Source of the DNA: an uncultured Gammaproteobacteria bacterium
Lineage (GTDB): Bacteria > Pseudomonadota > Gammaproteobacteria > Steroidobacterales > Steroidobacteraceae
Direction: 5' to 3'
DNA length: 64,000 nucleotides
Assembly (NCBI GenBank): GCA_963715485.1
Contig: OY970244.1
Coordinates: forward strand, 1,316,717 to 1,380,716
Shown here: one piece after another, positions 9,351 through 19,207 of the stretch
Layout of the letters: each line of letters starts with the position of its first letter
Numbering within the stretch: the stretch's first letter is position 1
Program-made: the position numbers and the translations under genes
Notes under the pieces: generated by a model
Told to the model about the DNA's origin: nothing
Database searches by the model: none
What the model saw: the letters and a program-made list of their open reading frames with translations, nothing else

Positions 9351-10814
9351 TCAGCCCGGCCGCTTCAGGGCCTGTCCGTAGAGCTCCAGGTAGCGGCCGA
9401 ATTGCCGGTCCCAGCTGAAATCCATGGCCATACCGTTCGCGACCAGCCGGTCCCAGTCCTGGTGGCTCTTGTACAGGGCGCAGGCTTGGCTCAATGCCCA
9501 GCGGACAGCCGCGGGGTCGGCGTCGTTGAACACGATGCCGGTGCCTTCCCTGGTTCCGGCCTCGAAGTGGCTCACCGAATCCGCCAGCCCGCCGGTACGA
9601 CGCACGATCGGCACGGTTCCGTAGCGCAGGCTGTACAGCTGGTTCAGCCCGCAAGGCTCGTAGCGGGACGGCATCAGGAAGGCATCGCAGCCCGCCTCGA
9701 TCCAGTGCGCGAGTTCCTCGTCGTGACCCTGGCGAAACGCGACGCGACGCGGGTGATCGCGGGCCAGGGTGGAAAAGAACACCTCGTAGTCGCGCTCGCC
9801 GCTACCGAGCACCACCAGCGTCAGGGCGCCCTGCGAAACGAGTCCGGGTAATGCCTCAAACAACAGGTCGACGCCCTTCTGCCAGGCCAGGCGCGTGACC
9901 ATGCCAACCAGGGGACGACCGGTTGACGCGTCCAGCCCAAGGCGCTCGCACAACGCGGTGCGCATGCGAACCTTGCCGGACAGGTCTGACGGGGAGTATC
10001 TCCACGGCAAGTAGCGGTCGCTGGCGGGATCCCAGTCCCTGGGGTCCACACCGTTCAGGATGCCGACAACTTCATCGCCCCGGTCACGGAGCACCCCGTC
10101 CAGGCCCATGCCGTGCTCCGGGGTACATATTTCCTTCGCATACGTCGGGCTGACGGTGCTGACCACATCTGCATCGCGCAGCCCCTGCCGCAAGAGGTTG
10201 ATGCGGCCGGCTGCGGCTTCGCCCGGGTCGAGCAGGGCTTCGCCGGTGTCGAGACCGAGGTCCGGCGCGGCGGAAATCGGCAGCACGCCCTGGTAGCCGA
10301 GGTTATGAATGGTGAGAACCGAGCGCGTGCGCTCTAGCTCCGGCCAGTCGGCACGCAGCAATTTCAGGTACAGCGGCAGCAATGCGGTGTGCCAGTCGTG
10401 GCAGTGCACGATGTCCGGCGTGAAGCCGAGCAGCCGGCACGCCTGCAGCGAGGCCCGGCAAAGCAGCACGTAGCGCAGGTGCTCGTCTGTGGCGGTACCG
10501 TAGATCCCCGGACGGTCAAACAGCGCGGGACAGTCGACCAGCAGCACGTCGGGCAGCCCACTGCTACGCCGACCGCGCACCACCGAATAGTCAAAGCGGT
10601 GGACACCCAGCTCCATGGTCAGTCGCTCGAGACCGGCGAGAGGTAGCAGTTCGACGCCGCTGCGATCGAATTCCGCATACAGGGGAGTAAAGAGACGGAG
10701 CGCGTGCCCACCCTCGTGCAGCAAGCGCGTCAGCGCGGCGGCGACATCCGCCAGGCCGCCGACCTTGGCGTGGGGCGCCAGCTCGGCGGTGACGAAGCAG
10801 ACCGAGTATTTCAC
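9351..10814 (-). CDS. glgA: glycogen synthase (ADP-glucose type)
   Basis: The N-terminal VTAELAPHAKVGGLADV motif (KxGGL) and full-length similarity to GlgA. Confidence 0.92.
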   Translation of the reverse strand: MKYSVCFVTAELAPHAKVGGLADVAAALTRLLHEGGHALRLFTPLYAEFDRSGVELLPLAGLERLTMELGVHRFDYSVVRGRRSSGLPDVLLVDCPALFDRPGIYGTATDEHLRYVLLCRASLQACRLLGFTPDIVHCHDWHTALLPLYLKLLRADWPELERTRSVLTIHNLGYQGVLPISAAPDLGLDTGEALLDPGEAAAGRINLLRQGLRDADVVSTVSPTYAKEICTPEHGMGLDGVLRDRGDEVVGILNGVDPRDWDPASDRYLPWRYSPSDLSGKVRMRTALCERLGLDASTGRPLVGMVTRLAWQKGVDLLFEALPGLVSQGALTLVVLGSGERDYEVFFSTLARDHPRRVAFRQGHDEELAHWIEAGCDAFLMPSRYEPCGLNQLYSLRYGTVPIVRRTGGLADSVSHFEAGTREGTGIVFNDADPAAVRWALSQACALYKSHQDWDRLVANGMAMDFSWDRQFGRYLELYGQALKRPG

Positions 10815-10948
10815 CCGGTGAGTTTACAAGAGGCGACGGGCACTACCGCAGCAAGAATCAGGTTGCTGGCCGGCCGGGCGAATACCGCCGGGGCATCGGC
10901 GGCACGCAGGCGATGGAATTGTTTCAGACCCCAGCCCGAAGTCCCGTG

Positions 10949-11473
10949 TCAGTCCTTGTGCGACTCTGGATCGCCGGCTTCCTCAGCCGGCTCCCCGGCG
11001 CTTGCCGCGCCCTCGGTTCCTTTGGCCGCGAACATTCCCAGCATGCCTTCCTGCATGCGCGTCCAGAGTTCCATGTTCTGGCGGGCCATCTCGGCCATGG
11101 CGTTCATCGGCGGCGGCGCTACCTGGAGCATCTGCGAAATCTGCGTTTGCATCGATTCCTGCTGCTTCATGACGGCCTCGACACTCGATTCGAGGTAACG
11201 GGACATGAAGTCCTGCATCGGCCCGCCGTAGAAGCGGATGATCGACTCGAGCAAATGGGTCGTCAGGATCGGCTGGCCGAACTGTTCCTGCTCGGCAATG
11301 ACCTGCAACAGGATCAGCCGGGTGATGTCCTCGTCGGTCTTGTCCTCGACGACGCGGATCCGCTCGCCATGCACGATCATCTGGCGGATGTCGGCGAGGG
11401 TGACGTGCTTGCTGATCGAGGCGTCGTAGAGCCGCCGGTTGGCGTATTTCTTGATCAGGCGTTCAGGTTTCAT
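10949..11473 (-). CDS. phaR: polyhydroxyalkanoate synthesis repressor PhaR
   Basis: IKKYANRRLYDASISKHVTLADIRQMIVHGERIRVVEDKTDEDITRLILLQVIAEQE is the canonical PhaR N-terminus. Confidence 0.9.
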   Translation of the reverse strand: MKPERLIKKYANRRLYDASISKHVTLADIRQMIVHGERIRVVEDKTDEDITRLILLQVIAEQEQFGQPILTTHLLESIIRFYGGPMQDFMSRYLESSVEAVMKQQESMQTQISQMLQVAPPPMNAMAEMARQNMELWTRMQEGMLGMFAAKGTEGAASAGEPAEEAGDPESHKD

Positions 11474-11524
11474 CCGCCCAGTTTAGCGGATCGTGATGCG
11501 CTGCGTTAAATGCGGTGCACAAGT

Positions 11525-11552
11525 CGACGGAATCTGGGCGACGGAATCTGGG
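11525..11552. repeat. perfect tandem duplication of 14 nt (CGACGGAATCTGGG x2)
   Basis: Read directly. It lies 52-79 nt upstream of the phaR start and downstream of the phasin terminator. Confidence 0.9.
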
Positions 11553-11573
11553 GTCGGACCTCGGAAAGTCCTT

Positions 11574-11612
11574 GAAAAGAAAAGGGACGGCGGCCCGGAG
11601 GCGCGCCGTCCC
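11574..11612 (-). terminator. rho-independent terminator after the phasin gene
   Basis: The minus strand reads GGGACGGCG-loop-CGCCGTCCC followed by TTTTCTTTTC, about 25 nt after the phasin stop. Confidence 0.6.
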
Positions 11613-11636
11613 GAGGGGGGAAGGTCGGAAGGTCGC

Positions 11637-11996
11637 TTACGCGGCCTTCTTGGCGACTGCGGCGTAGTCCGCTGCAGCCTTGTCGTACCACTTGCCCAGC
11701 TCGGCCTGCTGTTCGGTGGCCAGCTTGATCAGGTCCTGCGAACGCTGCGTGGTCTTCTCGACCAGCTGCGTGGTCAGCTCGACCTGCTTGGCGGTCAGCT
11801 CGTTGACGTCCTTGACCTGCGCGGGCAGCTGCAACTGCTTGATCGCGATCTCCAGCATCTCGCCGGCAAAGGCATACTGCTGGCGCGCGACGCGCTCGAA
11901 GCCCTGTACGGCCAGCTCATTGAATTTCATGGCCGGGGCAAAAGCCTTCTTGGACGCGTCGATGAAAACGTTGAAATCGAAAGTGGGATTGGTCAT
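11637..11996 (-). CDS. phaP: phasin family protein
   Basis: A 119-aa helical protein (MTNPTFDFNVFIDASKKAFAPAMKFNELAVQGFERVARQQ..) in a PHA locus. An AGGAG RBS precedes the ATG at 11996. The longer track ORF (to 12209) is probably an artefactual extension. Confidence 0.85.
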   Translation of the reverse strand: MTNPTFDFNVFIDASKKAFAPAMKFNELAVQGFERVARQQYAFAGEMLEIAIKQLQLPAQVKDVNELTAKQVELTTQLVEKTTQRSQDLIKLATEQQAELGKWYDKAAADYAAVAKKAA

Positions 11997-12315
11997 GTTG
12001 GTCTCCTTGACGGTACTGATTTGGGGCCTGGACGCCGAAGGCTTGACTGACTTGGCCTTGCTCCGCGTCCGGGTCGCTACGGTTGGTTTCCTGCTCACCA
12101 TGGAAAGCAGTATATAGATCGTTTTTGTGCAGCGCAACAAAAATCGTGAGCGGAATTTTGAAGACCGCGATTCGCGCGATCGAAACTGTACAAAAGTATT
12201 ATAAAACAAGAGGTTGAATTCTTATGAGCAAGGTGGTCAGTAGCCTGTCCGCCGCCTCTTGAGGCCCTCTGATTTTGCAATGCACTAGGCTCCGCGACGC
12301 CATTGGAGGCTCCAG

Positions 12316-13212
12316 ATGAGCGATCGAGATCCTCAAGCTGCCTGGCTCGATGCCTGGACAGCAACCCAGCGCGACATGTGGCAGAAGTTCCTCTCGGGAA
12401 ATGCCACGGCCGCTCCGCAGGCGGCCCCCGGACTCGCCCAATTCATGCAGTTCTTCGGTCAGCCGTTGCCGGAGTCGTCCCAGGACGTCACGCGCAAGAT
12501 GATGGAGTTCGGTGAGGGTTACCTTGGCGTTGCGCGTGAATTCTGGAAGCTCGTCGAGTCGGCCGGAGGGAGCGGCAAGGGCGATACGTTGCAGCGTGAG
12601 CTGGAGGCGCTGCGCTCGAGCTTCACGCAGGGATTTTCCAAGCTCTATGGCGGCGGCCCGCTCGGCGTCGACATGCTGGCGGCATGGCAGCGGATGGGTG
12701 GCACGGCGGCGGCCGGTGCCGGCAGCCAGATGCCACCCTGGCCGGCGTTGCCCGCGCTCGGGCTGACACGTGAGCGGCAGGAGGCGATGGAACGACTCGG
12801 GCAGGCGGCCATGCGCTATCAGCAGGCCCTCGGTCGTTACGGCGAGATGCTCGGGCGCGTTTCTACCGATGCGGTCGAGCGGCTGAGCAAACGCATTGCG
12901 CGCGGCGCCCAGTCGAACGAGCAGATAGGCAGTTTCCGGGCGATGTATGACCTGTGGGTCGATTGCGGCGAACAGGCCTTCGCGGCCGCGGCCCACGGTG
13001 CCGACTTTGCCAAGGCACAGTCGGAAGTGAACGACGCGCTGATGGAGCTGAAGACCGAGCAGCAGAAACAGGTGGAGGACTGGGCGCGCTCGCTTGACCT
13101 GCCTACCCGTACCGAGATGAACACCCTCCTGAAACGGGTCAATACCCTGCGACGGAGGCTGCGGGAACTTGAAGAAGAGGTGGAACAGGGCAGGCGCAAG
13201 AGGGGCCCATGA
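12316..13212 (+). CDS. phaE: class III PHA synthase subunit PhaE
   Basis: A 298-aa protein with the C-terminal LPTRTEMNTLLKRVNTLRRRLRELE motif typical of PhaE. Its stop and the phaC start overlap by 4 nt (13209-13212). Confidence 0.85.
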   Translation: MSDRDPQAAWLDAWTATQRDMWQKFLSGNATAAPQAAPGLAQFMQFFGQPLPESSQDVTRKMMEFGEGYLGVAREFWKLVESAGGSGKGDTLQRELEALRSSFTQGFSKLYGGGPLGVDMLAAWQRMGGTAAAGAGSQMPPWPALPALGLTRERQEAMERLGQAAMRYQQALGRYGEMLGRVSTDAVERLSKRIARGAQSNEQIGSFRAMYDLWVDCGEQAFAAAAHGADFAKAQSEVNDALMELKTEQQKQVEDWARSLDLPTRTEMNTLLKRVNTLRRRLRELEEEVEQGRRKRGP

Positions 13213-14270
13213 ACCCGTTCTCGATCGACAGCGCGAAGGCACTTGAAGAAGTCGCGGCATTCAGCCGCAAGCTGGCCGACGGCGTCCGGGCGGTTGCAGG
13301 GATCGGCGAGGTGGCGGTTGGCTGCTCCGCCAAGGATGCAGTCTATTCGGAGGACAAGCTCACCCTGTATCGCTACAGGCCGCTTGCCCCGGACGCTGGG
13401 TTCGCGCCGGTATTGCTTTGTTACGCACTGGTCAACAGGCCGTACATGGTGGACCTGCAGCATGACCGGTCGCTGGTGCGTGGACTGCTGGAGCGTGGAC
13501 TCGATGTCTATCTGATCGACTGGGGCTATCCTGACGGCGCCGATCGTTTTCTCGAGATTGACGATTACGTCAACGGTTACCTCGATCGCTGCGTCGGGCA
13601 GGTTCGCAAGGCGTCCGGCCGTGATGCGATCAACCTGCTGGGAGTCTGCCAGGGCGGGACTTTCAGCCTGTGCTACACGGCACTGCACCCGGAAAAAGTC
13701 AGCAACCTGATCACGATGGTGACACCGGTCGATTTCCAGACGCCGGAAAACCTCCTGTCGAAATGGGCCCGCGACATCGACGTCGACCGCATGGTCGACG
13801 TGATGGGAAACATCTCGGGGGAACTGCTGAACATGACGTTCCTGTCGCTGATGCCCTTCAGGCTGACGAGCCAGAAATACGTTGCACTGGCAGACATCAT
13901 CGACGATTCCACGCAGCTGGAGAATTTCATCCGCATGGAGAAGTGGATCTTCGACAGCCCGGACCAGGCCGGCGAGACGTTCCGGCAGTTCATCAAGTGG
14001 ATGTTCCAGGAGAACCGCCTGATGCAGGGCACGCTCGAACTCGGCGGTCGTCGCGTCGACCTGTCGGCGATCCAGTGCCCGGTCTTCAACATCTACGCGA
14101 CCCAGGACCACCTGGTCCCGCCATCGGCCTCCGTGCCGCTGGAATCACTCGTGGGCACGAAAGACTACAGCGTCTTCGCATTTCCCGGCGGGCACATCGG
14201 CATCTACGTGAGTGGCCGGGCCCGCCAGGTGCCGCAGGCGATCGGCGACTGGCTTGCCGCGCGCGGCTGA
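13209..14270 (+). CDS. phaC: class III poly(R)-hydroxyalkanoic acid synthase subunit PhaC
   Basis: About 353 aa with the lipase-box-like GVCQGG. The YALVNRPYMVDLQHDRSLVRGLLERGLDVYLIDWGYP block is typical of class III PhaC. Confidence 0.92.
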   Translation: MNPFSIDSAKALEEVAAFSRKLADGVRAVAGIGEVAVGCSAKDAVYSEDKLTLYRYRPLAPDAGFAPVLLCYALVNRPYMVDLQHDRSLVRGLLERGLDVYLIDWGYPDGADRFLEIDDYVNGYLDRCVGQVRKASGRDAINLLGVCQGGTFSLCYTALHPEKVSNLITMVTPVDFQTPENLLSKWARDIDVDRMVDVMGNISGELLNMTFLSLMPFRLTSQKYVALADIIDDSTQLENFIRMEKWIFDSPDQAGETFRQFIKWMFQENRLMQGTLELGGRRVDLSAIQCPVFNIYATQDHLVPPSASVPLESLVGTKDYSVFAFPGGHIGIYVSGRARQVPQAIGDWLAARG

Positions 14271-14320
14271 CGCCCGGGCAGGCTACCATCCAGCCTTCGC
14301 AGAGCATCAAGGAGCAGGCA

Positions 14321-14788
14321 ATGTCGCAACAGGACGTGCTGGCGCAGCTTCAGTCCATGATTGGCACTGAGATTCACGCCAGTCCGTGGATTCCGGTAAC
14401 GCCGCAGCGTGTGCAGGCCTTCGCGGAGGCGACCGGCGATCACCAGTGGATTCATGTCGACGAAGAACGTGCAGTCCGGGAGTCGCCATACGGCGGTCCG
14501 ATCGCCCACGGCTACCTGACCCTGTCCCTGTACCCGATGCTGCGGGGCCTGGTCGAGGAGGCGACCCCGGTGTTTCCCGGGGTGAAGCGCGTGATCAATT
14601 ACGGGATAAACAGGTTGCGCTTCCCCAGTGCCGTGCGGGTCGGCTCCTGTGTCCGTGCGCGCTGCACCCTGCTTGCGGTTGAGGAGATCGCCGGCGGCCT
14701 GCAGATTACCGAGAACTGCACCATGGAAATCCAGGACGAGGCCAAGCCGGCCTGTGCGGCGGAGTTGATCATGAGGCTCTACTTCTAG
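14321..14788 (+). CDS. MaoC family dehydratase (PhaJ-like R-specific enoyl-CoA hydratase)
   Basis: FAEATGDHQWIHVDEERAVRESPYGGPIAHGYLTLSL is a hot-dog hydratase motif. An AAGGAG RBS precedes the ATG at 14321. Confidence 0.85.
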   Translation: MSQQDVLAQLQSMIGTEIHASPWIPVTPQRVQAFAEATGDHQWIHVDEERAVRESPYGGPIAHGYLTLSLYPMLRGLVEEATPVFPGVKRVINYGINRLRFPSAVRVGSCVRARCTLLAVEEIAGGLQITENCTMEIQDEAKPACAAELIMRLYF

Positions 14789-14922
14789 GCGCGCGACCGC
14801 GAAGTCCCGGTCCGTGTGCATCCACCGCGGCCGGACGAACGAACATTTGGTCTGGAGTGCGTGCCGGCCTGCGCCGGTGCGATAATGCCCAGCTTATCGG
14901 CCGAATCCGCCCAAGAGCCCGC

Positions 14923-16047
14923 ATGTCGTCATCCCGTCTGCTGACTATCGGAATAATCGCTGGCATCGCGGTGGCGCTGGCCTATGTCTACGTGAGCCGG
15001 AGGCCGGACTTGCTGGGCGATTCGTCCCCGCCCGCCGTTGGCCAGGGCGCCGCGCCGCGCGCATCCGCCAGCGGCGTATTGCTCAGCCAGCAGCAGGTGC
15101 CTGTGGTCACGGCGCCGGTCGAGCGGGTGCCCCTCGCTGTTGAAATCGAGGCTGTAGGCACGGCCAAAGCGAACGAAGCCGTGGACATCACTTCCAAGGC
15201 GGCCAACATCGTCACGGCGGTGCGCTTCGAGGAGGGTCAGCGCGTCGCGCGCGGTGCAGTGCTGGTCGAACTGGACGGAGTGCAGGCGCGCGCCGATCTC
15301 GCTGCCGCCGAGGCTGCCCTCAAGGAAAGCCTGTCGACCTACAAACGCAGCCGCGACCTGTTTGCCCGGCAGGCGCTTTCGGAATCGCAGCTCGAGCAGA
15401 TCGAGGCGACGCTCAGCGCCAACCAGGCCAGGGTTGCGTCGGCCCGGTCCCGGGTTGCCGACACTGTCATTCGCGCGCCGTTCAGCGGCAGGATCGGGCT
15501 GCGCCGGATCAGCGTGGGTAGCCTCATCAACCCGGGTACCGTCATCACGACACTCGACGACAGCTCGGTGGTCAAGCTCGACTTTGACGTCCCGGAAGCC
15601 TTCATGTCAGTGCTTGAGTCTGGCCAGGCGGTTGCCGCGACCAGCATCGCCTACCCCGGGCAGGTCTTCGAGGGGCGGGTCATTTCGGTGGACTCGCGCA
15701 TTGACCCCGTGTCACGGTCGATGACGGTCCGCGCGGCCATTCCCAATGGGGATGGCCTGCTCAAGCCGGGCATGTTCATGGCAGTCCGCCTTTCCCGGGA
15801 TCCGCTGCCTGCGCTGGTCGTGCCGGAATCCGCCATCGTCCCGGAGCGCGGGCGCGTATACGTGTTCCTGGTTCGGGAGGGCGTGGCGCAACGGCAGGAG
15901 GTGATCGTCGGTCGGCGCCAGCCCGGCCAGGTCGAACTGCTCACCGGGGTCGAGGCCGGCCAGCGCGTGGTGGTCCAGGGTACCCAGAAGATCCGGGACG
16001 GCAGCCCGGTTGTCGAGGTGCCTGGGACCGGCGGCGACGCAGGCTGA
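14923..16047 (+). CDS. efflux RND transporter periplasmic adaptor subunit
   Basis: N-terminal TM segment, a coiled-coil region (LAAAEAALKESLSTYKRSRDLF..LEQIEATLSANQARVASARS), and a beta-barrel segment IRAPFSGRIGLRRISVGSLI. Confidence 0.88.
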   Translation: MSSSRLLTIGIIAGIAVALAYVYVSRRPDLLGDSSPPAVGQGAAPRASASGVLLSQQQVPVVTAPVERVPLAVEIEAVGTAKANEAVDITSKAANIVTAVRFEEGQRVARGAVLVELDGVQARADLAAAEAALKESLSTYKRSRDLFARQALSESQLEQIEATLSANQARVASARSRVADTVIRAPFSGRIGLRRISVGSLINPGTVITTLDDSSVVKLDFDVPEAFMSVLESGQAVAATSIAYPGQVFEGRVISVDSRIDPVSRSMTVRAAIPNGDGLLKPGMFMAVRLSRDPLPALVVPESAIVPERGRVYVFLVREGVAQRQEVIVGRRQPGQVELLTGVEAGQRVVVQGTQKIRDGSPVVEVPGTGGDAG

Positions 16048-16063
16048 TCGCGGGTCCAAGCGA

Positions 16064-19000
16064 ATGAAGATTTCCGAGTTCTCGATCCACCGGCCGGTGT
16101 TTGCCACGGTCATCAGCCTGCTGCTGGTGATCCTCGGTCTGGTGTCGCTGTCGAACCTTGCCGTGCGCGAGTACCCGGACATCGACGCGCCGGTGGTGTC
16201 CATCGACACCAGCTATCGTGGCGCGGGCGCGAATATCGTCGAGGAAAAGATCACTCAGCTCATCGAGGATCGCATCGCCGGACTGGAGGGTATCGACAAG
16301 CTTCGCTCCAGCTCCCGCGACGAGCGTTCGGACATCACCGTGGAGTTCACCGCGGACCGCGATATCGATGCGGCCACCAACGACATTCGCGACCGGGTGG
16401 CAAGGGTCGCCGACGACCTGCCGCCGGAGGCGGATCCGCCCGACATCGCCAAGGCGGAAGCAGACGCCGAGCCGATCATGTGGCTCAACCTGACCAGCAA
16501 CCGCCTGTCGTCGCTGGAGGTGACCGACTACGCCGAGCGCGTGCTGGTGGACCAGCTGGCGGCATCGCCTGGCGTCGCCATGGTGCGAATCGGCGGTGCG
16601 CGGCGCTATGCAGTGAGAGTGTGGATCGACCGGCAGGCGCTGGCCGCCCGCCAGATGACGGTCGCGGACATAGAGGATGCGCTCAGGCGCGAAAACGTGG
16701 AACTGCCCGCCGGACGGCTCGAGTCGACCGAGCGCGAGTTCGCGCTCAGGACCGACACCGGGCTGAAGAAGGTCGAGGATTTCCGGGCGCTGGTGATCGG
16801 CCGCGGCGCCGAGGGCTACCTGGTCCGCCTGGGCGACGTCGCGGAGGTCCGTCTCGGCGCCGACAACGAGCGCACGATCTCCCGTTCCGACGGCGTGGCC
16901 GGCATCAGCCTGGGCGTCGTGCAGGTTTCGAAGGCGAACACCCTGCAGGTCGCGCACGGCGTACAGGAAACGGTGGAGCGGCTCAAGCCGGGCCTGCCAG
17001 AGGGCATGGTCCTCGACACCAATTTCGACCGGTCAGTGTTCATCGAGGCTTCGCTCAAGGAAGTCGGCATTGCGCTGGTCATTTCGCTGGTCCTGGTGCT
17101 GATGGTCATCTACCTGTTTCTCGGCAACATCCGCGCGACGGTGATCCCCGCGGTGACCATCCCCGTTTCCATCATCGCGACCCTGACTTTCATGGACGTG
17201 ATGGACTATTCCGTAAACGTCCTGACCCTGCTCGGCATGGTGCTCGCGATTGGCCTGGTGGTCGACGATGCAATCGTCGTGCTGGAGAATATCTTCAGGC
17301 GAATCGAACTGGGCCAGCCGCCACTGATCGCTGCGCTGGACGGCAGCCACGAGATCGGCTTCGCGGTAGTCGCCACCACGCTGGTTCTGGTATCGGTCTT
17401 CGTGCCCATTTCATTCCTGCCTGGCGCGATCGGTCGGTTGTTCCGCGAGTTCGGCCTGACGCTGGCGGCGGCGGTACTGTTTTCTTCGCTGATCGCCCTG
17501 ACGCTGACGCCGGCCATGGCCTCGAGGATGTTCAAGACCGGCGAAAAGCGCTCGGGATTCGCTGCCCACGTGGACGGGTTCTTCCGACGGTTGGCGGACT
17601 GGTACGAGCGGCGGTTGCGCAGCCTGATTCGCCGGCCGTGGCTGGTGGTGGCAGGCACGCTGCTGCTGGTGGTCGCAGCCGGGCTGGCGTTCCGCTCGCT
17701 GCCGACCGAGTTCGCACCGTCGGAAGACCGCGGAGTCCTGTTCATGGGCCTCGATGCTCCCGATGGCGCCAGCCTCGAGTACACCGAGAAGCAATTGCGC
17801 GCACTGGAGGACATCGTCTATCCCTACCTGGAAAGCGGCGTGATCCGCCGAATGAACCTGCGCGTCGGCAGCTTCAGCAGCGAGGTCAACTCCGTACGCG
17901 GCTTCCTGGTGCTGGCTCCCTGGGCCGAGCGGGACATCAGCAACCACCAGCTTGCGCAGCAACTGCGCGAGCAGATAGGCGTACTGCCCGGTGGTCGCGG
18001 CTTCGTGGTCACGCCGCAGGGGCTGGCTTCCCGGGGATTCGGGCAGCCAGTGCAGGTGGTCATCGGCGGTCCGGACTACGAGACGCTGGCGACCTGGAGT
18101 GACCTACTGGTCGGACGGGCGGGGCAGAATCCGGGGCTGGTGGCCGTCGATACGAACTACCGCGAGCGCAAGCCGCAGATCCGCATTTCAGTCGACCGCG
18201 ATCGCGCCGCGGAACTCGGCGTGTCGCTGCAGACCGTCGGCCGGACGCTGGAAACGGTGCTTGGGTCGCGCATCGTGACGACCTATGTCGACCGGGGGCG
18301 TGAGTACAACGTCATCCTGCAAGGCGAGGCGCAGGACCGCGCCTCGCCTTCCGACCTGCAGAACCTTTACGTGAAGTCCAGTCGCGGTGGCGAGCTGGTG
18401 CCGCTTGGCAACCTGGTGAGGCTGGAGGAAACGTCCGGCGCCATCCAGCTGAACAGGTTTGACCGGCTGCGGGCGATCACCATCAGCGCAGGCCTCGCGC
18501 CTGGTTATACCCTGGGCGAGGCCGTCGGCTACTTCCAGCAGCTGGTGCGCGACGAGCTGCCTGCCAACGCACGGCTCAGCTTCGACGGCGAATCGCGCGA
18601 GTACCTGCGTTCGAAGGGCCAGCTCTGGACGACCTTTGGTTTCGCGCTGGCCATCGTGTTCCTGGTGCTGGCGGCGCAATTCGAGAGCTTCAGGCATCCG
18701 TTGGTGATCATGACGACGGTGCCGCTGGCGATCGTCGGCGCGCTCGCTGGTTTATGGCTGTTCAACATGTCGCTGAACATCTTCAGCCAGATTGCAATGA
18801 TCCTGTTGATCGGCATCGCGGCGAAGAACGGCGTACTGATCGTGGAGTTCGCCAATCAGTTGCGTGACCGCGGCCTCGAGACAGTCGAGGCCGTTGTGAG
18901 AGCCGCCACCGTCCGGTTGCGTCCGGTGCTGATGACCAGTCTGTGCACGGCCTTCGGTTCGATACCCTTCCTGCTCGCCCATGGCGCGGGTTCGGAGCAA

Positions 19001-19207
19001 CGCGAGCCGATCGGCGTGGTCGTGTTCTACGGAACGACCATCTCGGTACTGCTGACCCTGTTTGTAGTCCCTGGCATGTATGCCCTGATGGCCGGTAAAC
19101 ACCAGTCGCCGCATTTCCTGCGCGACATGATCGTCCGCTTGCGGGCCGTCTCACCGGAGATCGGGGGGGAGGCCACAAGCATCGACGCCCCTGGCAAGCG
19201 GGCCTGA
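16064..19207 (+). CDS. efflux RND transporter permease subunit (AcrB/HAE1-like)
   Basis: MKISEFSIHRPVFATVISLLLVILGLVSL..REYPDIDAPVVSI and about 1047 aa of 12-TM architecture. No outer-membrane factor gene is adjacent. Confidence 0.92.
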   Translation: MKISEFSIHRPVFATVISLLLVILGLVSLSNLAVREYPDIDAPVVSIDTSYRGAGANIVEEKITQLIEDRIAGLEGIDKLRSSSRDERSDITVEFTADRDIDAATNDIRDRVARVADDLPPEADPPDIAKAEADAEPIMWLNLTSNRLSSLEVTDYAERVLVDQLAASPGVAMVRIGGARRYAVRVWIDRQALAARQMTVADIEDALRRENVELPAGRLESTEREFALRTDTGLKKVEDFRALVIGRGAEGYLVRLGDVAEVRLGADNERTISRSDGVAGISLGVVQVSKANTLQVAHGVQETVERLKPGLPEGMVLDTNFDRSVFIEASLKEVGIALVISLVLVLMVIYLFLGNIRATVIPAVTIPVSIIATLTFMDVMDYSVNVLTLLGMVLAIGLVVDDAIVVLENIFRRIELGQPPLIAALDGSHEIGFAVVATTLVLVSVFVPISFLPGAIGRLFREFGLTLAAAVLFSSLIALTLTPAMASRMFKTGEKRSGFAAHVDGFFRRLADWYERRLRSLIRRPWLVVAGTLLLVVAAGLAFRSLPTEFAPSEDRGVLFMGLDAPDGASLEYTEKQLRALEDIVYPYLESGVIRRMNLRVGSFSSEVNSVRGFLVLAPWAERDISNHQLAQQLREQIGVLPGGRGFVVTPQGLASRGFGQPVQVVIGGPDYETLATWSDLLVGRAGQNPGLVAVDTNYRERKPQIRISVDRDRAAELGVSLQTVGRTLETVLGSRIVTTYVDRGREYNVILQGEAQDRASPSDLQNLYVKSSRGGELVPLGNLVRLEETSGAIQLNRFDRLRAITISAGLAPGYTLGEAVGYFQQLVRDELPANARLSFDGESREYLRSKGQLWTTFGFALAIVFLVLAAQFESFRHPLVIMTTVPLAIVGALAGLWLFNMSLNIFSQIAMILLIGIAAKNGVLIVEFANQLRDRGLETVEAVVRAATVRLRPVLMTSLCTAFGSIPFLLAHGAGSEQREPIGVVVFYGTTISVLLTLFVVPGMYALMAGKHQSPHFLRDMIVRLRAVSPEIGGEATSIDAPGKRA

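Noticed and set aside
12199-14111. Minus-strand ORFs 12199..13260 (353 aa) and 12837..14111 (424 aa).
   Set aside because: They are antisense to phaE and phaC, which have diagnostic motifs. The ORF translations are low-complexity.
14923-19207. RND efflux pair lacking an outer-membrane factor, considered as an incomplete or novel system.
   Set aside because: Adaptor-pump pairs commonly use a TolC-like channel encoded elsewhere, so this is not unusual.
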